Source: Nitrospirota bacterium
GTDB taxonomy: Bacteria > Nitrospirota > Thermodesulfovibrionia > Thermodesulfovibrionales > Dissulfurispiraceae
Assembly: GCA_040754455.1 (NCBI GenBank)
Contig: JBFMCP010000044.1
Coordinates: 1-22,207 of the forward strand
Reading direction: 5' to 3'
DNA length: 22,207 nucleotides
Both the position numbers and the translations under genes were made by a program. The notes beneath the pieces were generated by a model that saw only the letters and a program-made list of their open reading frames with translations, did no database searches and was not told the origin of the DNA. Of the stretch, positions 1 to 7,432 are shown piece after piece (the stretch's first letter is position 1; the number at the start of each line of letters is the position of its first letter).

Positions 1-927
1 AACGGCATCTGCGAAAAAATAACATTCCATGTGATGGGCGAGCCGACGCTCCACAAGGAGTTCTTCACCATCCTCGACCATGCAGCGAAAGAGGGAGTAA
101 AGGTTGGTCTTACCACCAACGGCGGCGGTCTCGGCGGCCCTGCAGGTAGGCGGCTGCTGGAGTATGATCTCTACCAGGTGGACATATCGCTCCAGACACC
201 TGATGCGCGGTCCTTTCAGTTAAGAAAAGCAGGGGCGAAGAAATTCGAAGACTACCTGGAGGGCATTCTCAGCTTTTTTGCCGCCTCTCATGCACGGCAC
301 CCCGACACGCTCTTCAAATTCAGGTTCCTGAATACCCGGTTCAGGAAGAAGGGCATGGAAAACAGAATAGGGCAGGTGCGGGTCATCTCTTCGACAATGG
401 AGCTTCGTAATACCTTCCGCTTCTGGGCTGGCCGCATCTACGATATGCTCGGCCTTGAGCAGGCTCAGAGAGAGGAGGCGATGAAAAATATCGAGGCCCT
501 TGTCTCCTATAAGTGGAACGTGGTGGAGGTGTACCCGAAGGTCTTTTTCGAGACCTATGTGCTCGACGACTGGGGGCATGCTTTTGAGGACGAAACGATC
601 CATGATGCCTGGGCCGGCTACTGTTTCGGCATGCGCGACCACTTCAGCATACTCTATAACGGCGACGTGGCGCTCTGCTGCATGGATTTCGACGGCAACA
701 CAAAAATAGGGAATCTCCATGAATCCTCTCTGAAGGAGATACTCTCTTCCGACGAGTTGGGCAGGATTATCGGGGGCTTCAAAAAGTTTCAGCTCGTCCA
801 TCCCTATTGCAAGCGTTGTATGGGGAGCAGGAGCCGCGCCTCCTGGCTGATCAAGCCGGTGGCGTCGGTGATGGGGCTGAAGATGCTCAAGCCGTTCTTC
901 TACAAACGCACCAAGCTCATCAAATAA
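1..927 (+). CDS. Radical SAM protein with C-terminal SPASM/twitch domain (5' truncated by window edge)
   Basis: Frame 1 is open from base 1 (NGICEKITFHVMGEPTLH). The GEP and TTNG radical SAM core motifs and SPASM-type cysteines (YC...GDVALCCMD...PYCKRC) are present. The CxxxCxxC motif would lie upstream of the window. Confidence 0.85.
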   Translation, partial: NGICEKITFHVMGEPTLHKEFFTILDHAAKEGVKVGLTTNGGGLGGPAGRRLLEYDLYQVDISLQTPDARSFQLRKAGAKKFEDYLEGILSFFAASHARHPDTLFKFRFLNTRFRKKGMENRIGQVRVISSTMELRNTFRFWAGRIYDMLGLEQAQREEAMKNIEALVSYKWNVVEVYPKVFFETYVLDDWGHAFEDETIHDAWAGYCFGMRDHFSILYNGDVALCCMDFDGNTKIGNLHESSLKEILSSDELGRIIGGFKKFQLVHPYCKRCMGSRSRASWLIKPVASVMGLKMLKPFFYKRTKLIK

Positions 928-947
928 AAAAGCAGACCTCCGCTCCT

Positions 948-3683
948 ATGGTCTATATCTTTTACATACCTCCGGGACACAGGGACACCGCAAAGCTCCT
1001 CTTTACCAAGACGGTTGCACAGCGCCGCTCTCCTGATTATTCGAAGCTCCTTTATCTGGTGCCTGCGTATGCGCATGTGGAGGAGGCACAGAAGGTGTTC
1101 CACCGCCTCCAGGACACTACCTGCTACATCCCTCCCGAGATAACGACCATAGGCGGATATGCCCGGCGGCTGTATGATCATTTCGGGAGGGAGCGGGTGC
1201 TCCCGACATCGCTCATTCCCCCGCTTCTTTCGAAGCTCACCGGCAAGGGTCTCGGTTTTTCGAATATGCTGGCGGGTTTTATCCGGGATCTGAAGCAGCA
1301 CTATCCCGGGAAAGAGTGCGATGAGATACGGCTCGATATCACGGCGATGCTTCACGAGCTTGCTGTTCCGGATATCGTGACAGAATCGATCCTGGACGCC
1401 CTTGCACACTTCAAAACCTATCAGGTCTTCCTCAAGCATAACGGGTTGGTCGATGCAGAGGATGTCGTTGCACAGTGTGCTGCGGTCATCGAAGAGGGGC
1501 ATCCTGCACCGGGAGCCTGCGCAACGCTTATTGTCGACGGCTTTTATGCCCCTTCGGCAGCGGAAAAGATGCTTCTGAAAGCCCTGATGCAGAAGGCAGT
1601 GGATACCTTTCTCGCTATCCCCTATGATCCCCGCTTCAGCAGCCTGACCGGAGGATTCATCAATTTCCTTAAAGAGCATTTTGCCGCTGAGGTCACCTTT
1701 GTAAAGGATAATGGTAACGACGAAGCTCCGCTCCTCCACTATTACGCGTGTGCCGATGTGGAAGAAGAGGTCGAAGGGATTGCCAGAAACATCAAATCGC
1801 TCTATTTCTCGGGCAAGGTAAGAGACCTGGAGGAAATCGTTGTGCTCTTCCCTGACCTGGCTGACCGTTCGGCAATGGTCAGGAGGGTCTTCAGACGCTA
1901 CGGCATCCCCTGCCGTATCATGAGGAGACAGCCGCTCGGAGCGATGCGGCCTTTTCTCGACCTCCTCGGCCTCATCGACTCTATCATCAGCGACTACCCC
2001 CGGCTGAAATTCTCCCTGTTCCTCTCGTCGAATTATTTTCACCGGATGCCCGAAACGCTAAGGCGGTTTGCCCCCTCTCTTTCGCTGCAATCCGGCATCG
2101 TTGCGGGTAAGGATGCGTGGCTCGACTTCGTTGCCGAGGGGTCGGAGGTGCTCGATATCAGCAGTATGCCGGAGAGGGCCGAGATAGAAAAAAGTCTGAA
2201 GTGGGTCTTCAAGAAATTATCCCCCCTTGAAGAGATCAAGGAGGGCGCTCCCTTCGGCGTTCATGCAGCGGTGCTGAAAAAATTGCTGGATGATCTCGGG
2301 TTCCCCGGACCTCTGACGGACCCTGTTGCAAAAGAGCGGCACGAGGCGATGAGCGAGGTCTTCACGCAGTTGGCCCTTCTCGGCGAGCTCTACTCCCCGC
2401 CGGTTACCCTTGCAGAGTTCGGGGAGATACTGCGGCATCTTCTCAATGCTGCTTCTCTGGAGGCCGATGAGTCGGGGGTGCGGGTGATGGGGTTTCTCGA
2501 TGCCCATGGCCTCTCTTTTCCGTACCTCTTTTTCGGCGGTCTGTCGGACGACGCTATCCCCCTGCGGCAGGATATGGACTACCTGCTTCCCGATAGTCTG
2601 AAAAAGAGCATGGACCTTATGCACCTCGAGAAGTACAACAGCCTTCAAAAGTTTGTGTTCACTGGCATTATCAAAGCCGCCCGCACCATCCATCTTTCTT
2701 ATCCCATGATGGACGGCGATGCGCTGTTCCTCCCGTCATCTTTCCTGTATTCGGGCGAAGAGGCGCGGGAGCGCATTCCCGGCATCTTTTCAAAAGAAGA
2801 GCATCTGATCCGGAACGGCAGGGAACCTTTCCTGAACCTCGTCGGAGAGATCACCGTTGTTCCTGCACTCCTGAAACTCTCCACGCCTCTGCGCGTGACC
2901 GATATCGATGCCTACAGAGCATGTCCAAGGAGATTTTTTATAGAGAGGGTTTTACAGCTGTCCCCGGTGGAGATAAAGGAATACGAGATAGAGGCGGCAA
3001 CCCTCGGCACCATCATGCACAAGGTAATGGAGCGGCTTCTACAGGAGCCTGTTGTCGATATCGAGACATTACGACAGAAAGCAGCGCTGCTCTGCGACGA
3101 GGTCATGAAGAACAGAAAAATGCATGCCTACTGGAAGGAGCTCATCCGCGATTCTTTTATTGAAATACTGCCTGCGATTTATGAGAAAGAGCTCGAGCTG
3201 AGGGAAGAAGGATATGCCGCCACCGAAGTGGAGAAGAGCATTACCGGCGAGCCGTTGAAAGGCATAAGGCTCCGTGGCAAGATCGACCGTATTGATACCA
3301 TCGGGGACAGTGTGCAGATTATCGATTACAAGACAGGGACGGCAGGGCTTAATTGCACACAGGCATTGAGCGGCAACGAACAGCTGCAGCTCTTCCTCTA
3401 TGCGGCGATATTGAAGAGCCATGGCTACAAGGTCCGCCGCGTTGGTATTTATTCCCTGAAAGATATAAGCATCAAGTGGTGCCCGCCGAAAGGGAAAGGG
3501 AGAGGGCAAGGGACGAAAGGCAGGGACAACGCAGGGATTGATGAGTATATAAACGCGTCGCTCAAATTATTGGAAGAGACGGTCGCCCGTATCAAAAAGG
3601 GTGATTTCAGGGCGGAGCCGCTCAACGATTACGCCTGCTGGAATTGCCACGAGAATGCCTTTTGTCCGTATGTGCAACAATAA
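948..3683 (+). CDS. AddB/RexB-like protein: inactive helicase-like N-terminus plus C-terminal PD-(D/E)XK nuclease with 4Fe-4S cysteines
   Basis: LIVDGF motif, RecB-family nuclease motifs (GKIDRID, IIDYKTG, QLFLY), and Fe-S staple cysteines (YRACPRRFF ... CWNCHENAFC). Start moved to ATG 948 because the 807 start overlaps the upstream gene. Confidence 0.85.
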   Translation: MVYIFYIPPGHRDTAKLLFTKTVAQRRSPDYSKLLYLVPAYAHVEEAQKVFHRLQDTTCYIPPEITTIGGYARRLYDHFGRERVLPTSLIPPLLSKLTGKGLGFSNMLAGFIRDLKQHYPGKECDEIRLDITAMLHELAVPDIVTESILDALAHFKTYQVFLKHNGLVDAEDVVAQCAAVIEEGHPAPGACATLIVDGFYAPSAAEKMLLKALMQKAVDTFLAIPYDPRFSSLTGGFINFLKEHFAAEVTFVKDNGNDEAPLLHYYACADVEEEVEGIARNIKSLYFSGKVRDLEEIVVLFPDLADRSAMVRRVFRRYGIPCRIMRRQPLGAMRPFLDLLGLIDSIISDYPRLKFSLFLSSNYFHRMPETLRRFAPSLSLQSGIVAGKDAWLDFVAEGSEVLDISSMPERAEIEKSLKWVFKKLSPLEEIKEGAPFGVHAAVLKKLLDDLGFPGPLTDPVAKERHEAMSEVFTQLALLGELYSPPVTLAEFGEILRHLLNAASLEADESGVRVMGFLDAHGLSFPYLFFGGLSDDAIPLRQDMDYLLPDSLKKSMDLMHLEKYNSLQKFVFTGIIKAARTIHLSYPMMDGDALFLPSSFLYSGEEARERIPGIFSKEEHLIRNGREPFLNLVGEITVVPALLKLSTPLRVTDIDAYRACPRRFFIERVLQLSPVEIKEYEIEAATLGTIMHKVMERLLQEPVVDIETLRQKAALLCDEVMKNRKMHAYWKELIRDSFIEILPAIYEKELELREEGYAATEVEKSITGEPLKGIRLRGKIDRIDTIGDSVQIIDYKTGTAGLNCTQALSGNEQLQLFLYAAILKSHGYKVRRVGIYSLKDISIKWCPPKGKGRGQGTKGRDNAGIDEYINASLKLLEETVARIKKGDFRAEPLNDYACWNCHENAFCPYVQQ

Positions 3684-3687
3684 CGAA

Positions 3688-3721
3688 AGAAGCCAAAAAC
3701 AGGGGGCAGAATTTAGGAGTC
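3688..3721 (+). repeat. Degenerate heptamer run (AGAAGCC/AGGGGGC/AGAATTT/AGGAGTC); possible lone arm of the heptamer element
   Basis: Roughly 7-bp periodic purine-rich units resembling the CAGGAGT units at 7206-7233. No partner arm is seen. Confidence 0.3.
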
Positions 3722-3749
3722 TTCGCCTGATATATGAGAGGAGGATGCA

Positions 3750-4631
3750 ATGAGCCTTAAAAACATTTTCATTGTCATGGGCCTGGTTATACTTTTTGCC
3801 GCTTCCTGCGCACCGACGCAGGTCGTTCAGCCTACTCCGGCTAAGCCAGCAAAGGTCGCTGTGGTGCTCGGCGCAGGGGCGGCCAGGGGGTTTGCCCATA
3901 TCGGAGTCTTAAAGGTGCTGGAGTCCAACGGTATTCCCGTTCATATGATTGTGGGGACGAGCGCGGGAAGTTTTGTGGGGAGCCTCTACGCCTATGGCTA
4001 TAATGCGTACCAACTCCAGAAAATGGCGCTCACTATTGAGAAGGGAGATATTGCCGACCTCACCATCCCCGACAACGGTTTCATCAAGGGCGAGTTGCTC
4101 GAGCAGTACATCAATAGGATGGTGAAAAATACGCCCATGGAAAAGTTGCGCATCCCCTTCTATGCAGTGGCGACCGAGATACAGAGCGGACAGGAAGTGG
4201 TCTTCGGGAGAGGAAACACCGGGGCCGCGGTGCGGGCGAGCTGCTCGATACCGGGTGTGTTCAGGCCGGTGAGAGTCGGCAGCCAGACCTTTGTTGACGG
4301 CGGAGTGGTAAGCCCCCTTGCAATCGATGCCGCCCGGCAGCAGGGAGCTGATATCGTCATCGCCGTCGATATCTCTTCCGATCTGGATAGAACGTTGCCT
4401 GAGAGCACCATCGATACGATTTTGCAGTCCGTGAACATCATGTATGCGAAGATATCGACGCTCCAGTTGCCGCGTGCGGATGTCGTGATACGGCCCAAAG
4501 TCGGCCACATAGGTTCGAGCGATTTTCTGAAGCGGCATGAGGCCGTGCTCGAAGGAGAACGGGCGGCGCTTGAGGCAATGCCCAAAATCAGGGATAGCAT
4601 TAATAGATTGCGGCAAGAAGGACGATTATAG
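3750..4631 (+). CDS. Patatin-like phospholipase (RssA/NTE family), predicted lipoprotein
   Basis: GAGAARG oxyanion motif, GTSAG nucleophile motif, DGG motif, signal peptide ending FAAS-C, and an upstream GAGGAGG RBS. Confidence 0.9.
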   Translation: MSLKNIFIVMGLVILFAASCAPTQVVQPTPAKPAKVAVVLGAGAARGFAHIGVLKVLESNGIPVHMIVGTSAGSFVGSLYAYGYNAYQLQKMALTIEKGDIADLTIPDNGFIKGELLEQYINRMVKNTPMEKLRIPFYAVATEIQSGQEVVFGRGNTGAAVRASCSIPGVFRPVRVGSQTFVDGGVVSPLAIDAARQQGADIVIAVDISSDLDRTLPESTIDTILQSVNIMYAKISTLQLPRADVVIRPKVGHIGSSDFLKRHEAVLEGERAALEAMPKIRDSINRLRQEGRL

Positions 4632-4633
4632 CT

Positions 4634-5794
4634 ATGGATAAAGTTATTCTGAAGCGCACCAGCAGGATCCTCGCGGGACACCTCTGGATCTTTTCGAATG
4701 AGATGTCGACGAGCCCGAAGCAGTTTGAGCCGGGCGCTCTTGTCGAAGTATATGATCATAAGCAGCATTTCCTTGGCATCGGCTATGTCAACCCTCACTC
4801 TCTCATATCGATCAGGCTCCTTACGAGGGAGAGGGAGCCGGTCGATGCCGGCTTCCTCCGCAGGAGGATAGGGGACGCATTCAATTACCGGAAGCGGCTG
4901 CTGAACGACACGCATTCCTGCAGAATGGTCTACAGCGAGGGTGATTTCTTGCCCGGACTGATTGTGGACAAGTATGCCGATTGCCTTGTCGTTCAGGTAT
5001 TGACCCTCGGCATGGAGCGGCTGCGGGATACTGTTCTCGGTGTTCTGGACGAGCTTTTTTCTCCGGCTGTGCTGGTGCTGCGCAATGACAGCCAGAGCAG
5101 GGTCCTTGAGGGGCTTACTCTGGAAAAGGGTATCATCAAGGGGTCGCTCGAAACGCTTCCCCTTATCAGGGAAGGCGATATTATGCTCGAGGTCGATCCC
5201 CTCTCAGGGCAGAAAACCGGTTTCTTTCTCGATCAGAGGGAAAATCGCATTGCCCTGAGCAGGCTTGCAACAGGCGGCACCGGGCTCGATCTCTTTTGTT
5301 ATTCGGGCGCCTGGGGACTGCAGCTGGCAAAGAGCGGAGTTGCTGTGACGTTTGTTGATGATTCCGAAGGCGCGCTGGCAAAAGCCAGAAAGAATGCCGC
5401 CCTGAACGGCCTTGAGGCAAAGAGCACCTTCGTGAAGGCCGACGTCTTTGACTTCCTTAAAGAGCAGGCGGCATCAGGCATTGCATATGATACCGTTGTG
5501 CTCGACCCTCCCGCCTTTGTGAAGAGCAGGGCCAAGATCAAAGAGGCCCTCAGGGGGTACCGGGAGATCAATGCGCTCGCCATGAGAGTGGTAAAGCGAG
5601 GGGGCATCCTCGCTACCTCCTCCTGCTCCTATCATGTTGACCGGCACCTCTTCCTGGAGATGCTCCGGGATGCTGCGCGAGACGCAGGAAAAACTCCTAG
5701 AATCATAGAGTTAAGGTCTCAAGGCAGGGATCATCCAGTCATGTTGTCGATTCCTGAAACAGAATACCTGAAATGTGCCTTGCTCGAAGTGTAG
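4634..5794 (+). CDS. rlmI: RlmI-like class I SAM-dependent 23S rRNA m5C methyltransferase
   Basis: PUA-like N-terminus (GHLWIFSNE), EGDFLPGLIVDKY, GQKTGFFLDQRENR, LDLFCYSG, LDPPAF, SSCS and EYLK motifs. Confidence 0.85.
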   Translation: MDKVILKRTSRILAGHLWIFSNEMSTSPKQFEPGALVEVYDHKQHFLGIGYVNPHSLISIRLLTREREPVDAGFLRRRIGDAFNYRKRLLNDTHSCRMVYSEGDFLPGLIVDKYADCLVVQVLTLGMERLRDTVLGVLDELFSPAVLVLRNDSQSRVLEGLTLEKGIIKGSLETLPLIREGDIMLEVDPLSGQKTGFFLDQRENRIALSRLATGGTGLDLFCYSGAWGLQLAKSGVAVTFVDDSEGALAKARKNAALNGLEAKSTFVKADVFDFLKEQAASGIAYDTVVLDPPAFVKSRAKIKEALRGYREINALAMRVVKRGGILATSSCSYHVDRHLFLEMLRDAARDAGKTPRIIELRSQGRDHPVMLSIPETEYLKCALLEV

Positions 5795-5843
5795 AATGGC
5801 AGCAACCTAAAGTTATAATCAGTATATGTTTTAAAAATTATTC

Positions 5844-5872
5844 TTGACATACCTTGTTAATTTTGATAAGCT
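5844..5872 (+). promoter_or_regulatory. Sigma70-type promoter with extended -10
   Basis: TTGACA (5844-5849), 17-bp spacer ending TGA, TAAGCT (5867-5872). Confidence 0.65.
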
Positions 5873-5877
5873 CAAAA

Positions 5878-5944
5878 TCGAGAAGCGCCTCGTTACCTCC
5901 CCTAAGCTGCTGCCCACATCCCACGGGCAGCAGCACTTTTATTT
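5878..5944 (+). ncRNA. Candidate small RNA (about 65 nt) with C-rich single-stranded motifs
   Basis: Bounded by the promoter at 5844-5872 and a 10-bp GC hairpin with a U-rich tail. No credible ORF or RBS inside. Contains ACCTCCC and ACATCCC. Confidence 0.5.
5906..5944 (+). terminator. Rho-independent terminator
   Basis: GCTGCTGCCC-acatcccac-GGGCAGCAGC followed by ACTTTTATTT. Confidence 0.75.
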
Positions 5945-5949
5945 AAGGA

Positions 5950-6062
5950 CAAATTCCAAATCCCAAGCACCAAATCCCAAACAAATTACTACAAATACAA
6001 AATTTCAAAAAGTTTGGAACTTGTTTTTTTATTCGGAGCTTGGAATTTGAGTTTTGGATTTT
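5950..6062. repeat. Inverted-arm heptamer repeat element A (CAAATCC-like / TTGGAAT-like)
   Basis: Left arm CAAATTC CAAATCC CAAGCAC CAAATCC. Right arm TCGGAGC TTGGAAT TTGAGTT TTGGATT. Confidence 0.75.
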
Positions 6063-7180
6063 TATATTTTTATCAGCTCGTATTTCCTGCTCCCGAGCCC
6101 GAGCCGTTCTGCTTCTTCCACCTGCAGGAAGTAATTTTTCTTGTGCAAGCTGAGCAGAATGTCTTTTCCTTCTTTTATTCCCTCGTCCTCGGCAAGCGAG
6201 GCAGGGAGGGGCTTCTCTTTGAGGAGCAGATCAATAGATGCCTGTTCCACGGCAACGAGATCATCCGAAACGAGTATGCCGATATCCTGGATCACCGGGA
6301 CCTCTGCCGCTGGCATGCAGTCGCATTCAGGTTGTATCTCGGTGAGGAAGTTTATATAGAGCACCTTGTGCGGCTTAAACGTGCTCAGCACCGCACCGGC
6401 TGCCTCGGACAGCGACTTCATGAAAAGCGTATCATCTCCGGGGAGGACAATGGCGCCCTCGGGGCATACGCGCGTGCACCGGCCGCAGCGCCAGCAGCGC
6501 TCGTCCTTGTACGTGAATTTCTCTTCCTTGAAATCGATGCAATCGAGCGGACAGACTTCTTCGCATTGGTAGCAGAAGGCGCACTTCTCGTCATCCCAGA
6601 CGAACGCGCCCTCGCCGATGGCATGCATTGCCCCTCTGCCGCATTTCCACCCGCAGTGGCGGTGGCTGCCGCTGACCCCTCCCATAGCGAGATTTTTGAT
6701 CGCTCCGGCGTAGCCTGCATTAATATGTCCTTTTACATGCGAACAGACCACCATGGCCGGAACATCATGGACAACAGAGGCGACGGCGATCTCTCCAAGG
6801 ATATCGCCTGCTTTTACCATAATGTTATCATTCCCGTACAAGCCGTCGGCAAGGATCACCGGTGCGCCGACGGAGAGATGGTTGATCCCGTTCTGGTTCG
6901 CCACTTCGAGGTAGTCGAGACCGCGGATCCTCACCGTGTCGGTCACGAAGGGCTTTGCCTTGACCGCCTTGAGTGCCTCGGCGACCTTGCGGAGAAATAC
7001 CGGTCTGACGATTCTGTGAGCGCCATCGGAGCCGAAGTGGGTCTTTATGGCAACCCACTCTCCCTCATCGAAATAGTTCGGAAGGTGCACCTCTTTCAGC
7101 AGCCGCTCGAGCTTCCCCGGCATGCTGTCGTCATATCTCCATTTCTTTACCCGCGCTGATGCAAAATAGACCCTGGACAT
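6062..7180 (-). CDS. DUF362-family iron-sulfur protein with 2x[4Fe-4S] ferredoxin insert
   Basis: VAIKTHFG, SHVKGH...GAIKNLAMG, CDC and DLVAVEQAS motifs. Two CxxCxxCxxxCP motifs (CAFCYQCEEVCP, CWRCGRCTRVCP). GAGGTG RBS upstream. Confidence 0.85.
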   Translation of the reverse strand: MSRVYFASARVKKWRYDDSMPGKLERLLKEVHLPNYFDEGEWVAIKTHFGSDGAHRIVRPVFLRKVAEALKAVKAKPFVTDTVRIRGLDYLEVANQNGINHLSVGAPVILADGLYGNDNIMVKAGDILGEIAVASVVHDVPAMVVCSHVKGHINAGYAGAIKNLAMGGVSGSHRHCGWKCGRGAMHAIGEGAFVWDDEKCAFCYQCEEVCPLDCIDFKEEKFTYKDERCWRCGRCTRVCPEGAIVLPGDDTLFMKSLSEAAGAVLSTFKPHKVLYINFLTEIQPECDCMPAAEVPVIQDIGILVSDDLVAVEQASIDLLLKEKPLPASLAEDEGIKEGKDILLSLHKKNYFLQVEEAERLGLGSRKYELIKI

Positions 7181-7205
7181 GGAATCACCTCTCTACGAAA
7201 GCGTT

Positions 7206-7298
7206 CAGGAGTCAGGAGACAGGAGCCAGAAGAACAGATGTAATTGTTCCTAGTTTTATTCTTTACTTCTGGATTCTGGATTCTGACTTCTGGATTCT
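7206..7298. repeat. Inverted-arm heptamer repeat element B (CAGGAGN / TTCTGGA)
   Basis: Left arm CAGGAGT CAGGAGA CAGGAGC CAGAAGA. Right arm TTCTGGA TTCTGGA TTCTGAC TTCTGGA TTCT. Confidence 0.8.
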
Positions 7299-7432
7299 AT
7301 TTTATTATATATCACTGCAGTCAGTCCTCCTCGAGGAGTCTGAAAATTAAAAGCTATAGGACGAAAATGTAATATAGTATATACTTATGGATAGCGGATA
7401 CGCATAGAATATTATTTTTATCCGAGGTGAGG

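Noticed and set aside
807..947. N-terminal extension of the AddB-like ORF
   Set aside because: Overlaps the radical SAM gene by 121 bp. ATG 948 is the more plausible start.
5844..6050. 68-aa ORF across the sRNA candidate and element A
   Set aside because: Its TTG start is the -35 box, it has no RBS, it crosses a terminator, and its C-terminus is translated repeat.
6014..7159. 381-aa plus-strand ORF
   Set aside because: Antisense shadow of the motif-rich DUF362 gene. It starts inside a repeat element and has no recognisable motifs.
5950..7298. CRISPR array interpretation of the repeats
   Set aside because: Units are tandem 7-mers without unique spacers, and there are no cas genes in the window.
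7159..7350. 63-aa ORF with FWILDSDFWIL
   Set aside because: The periodic peptide is a translation artefact of the heptamer repeats.
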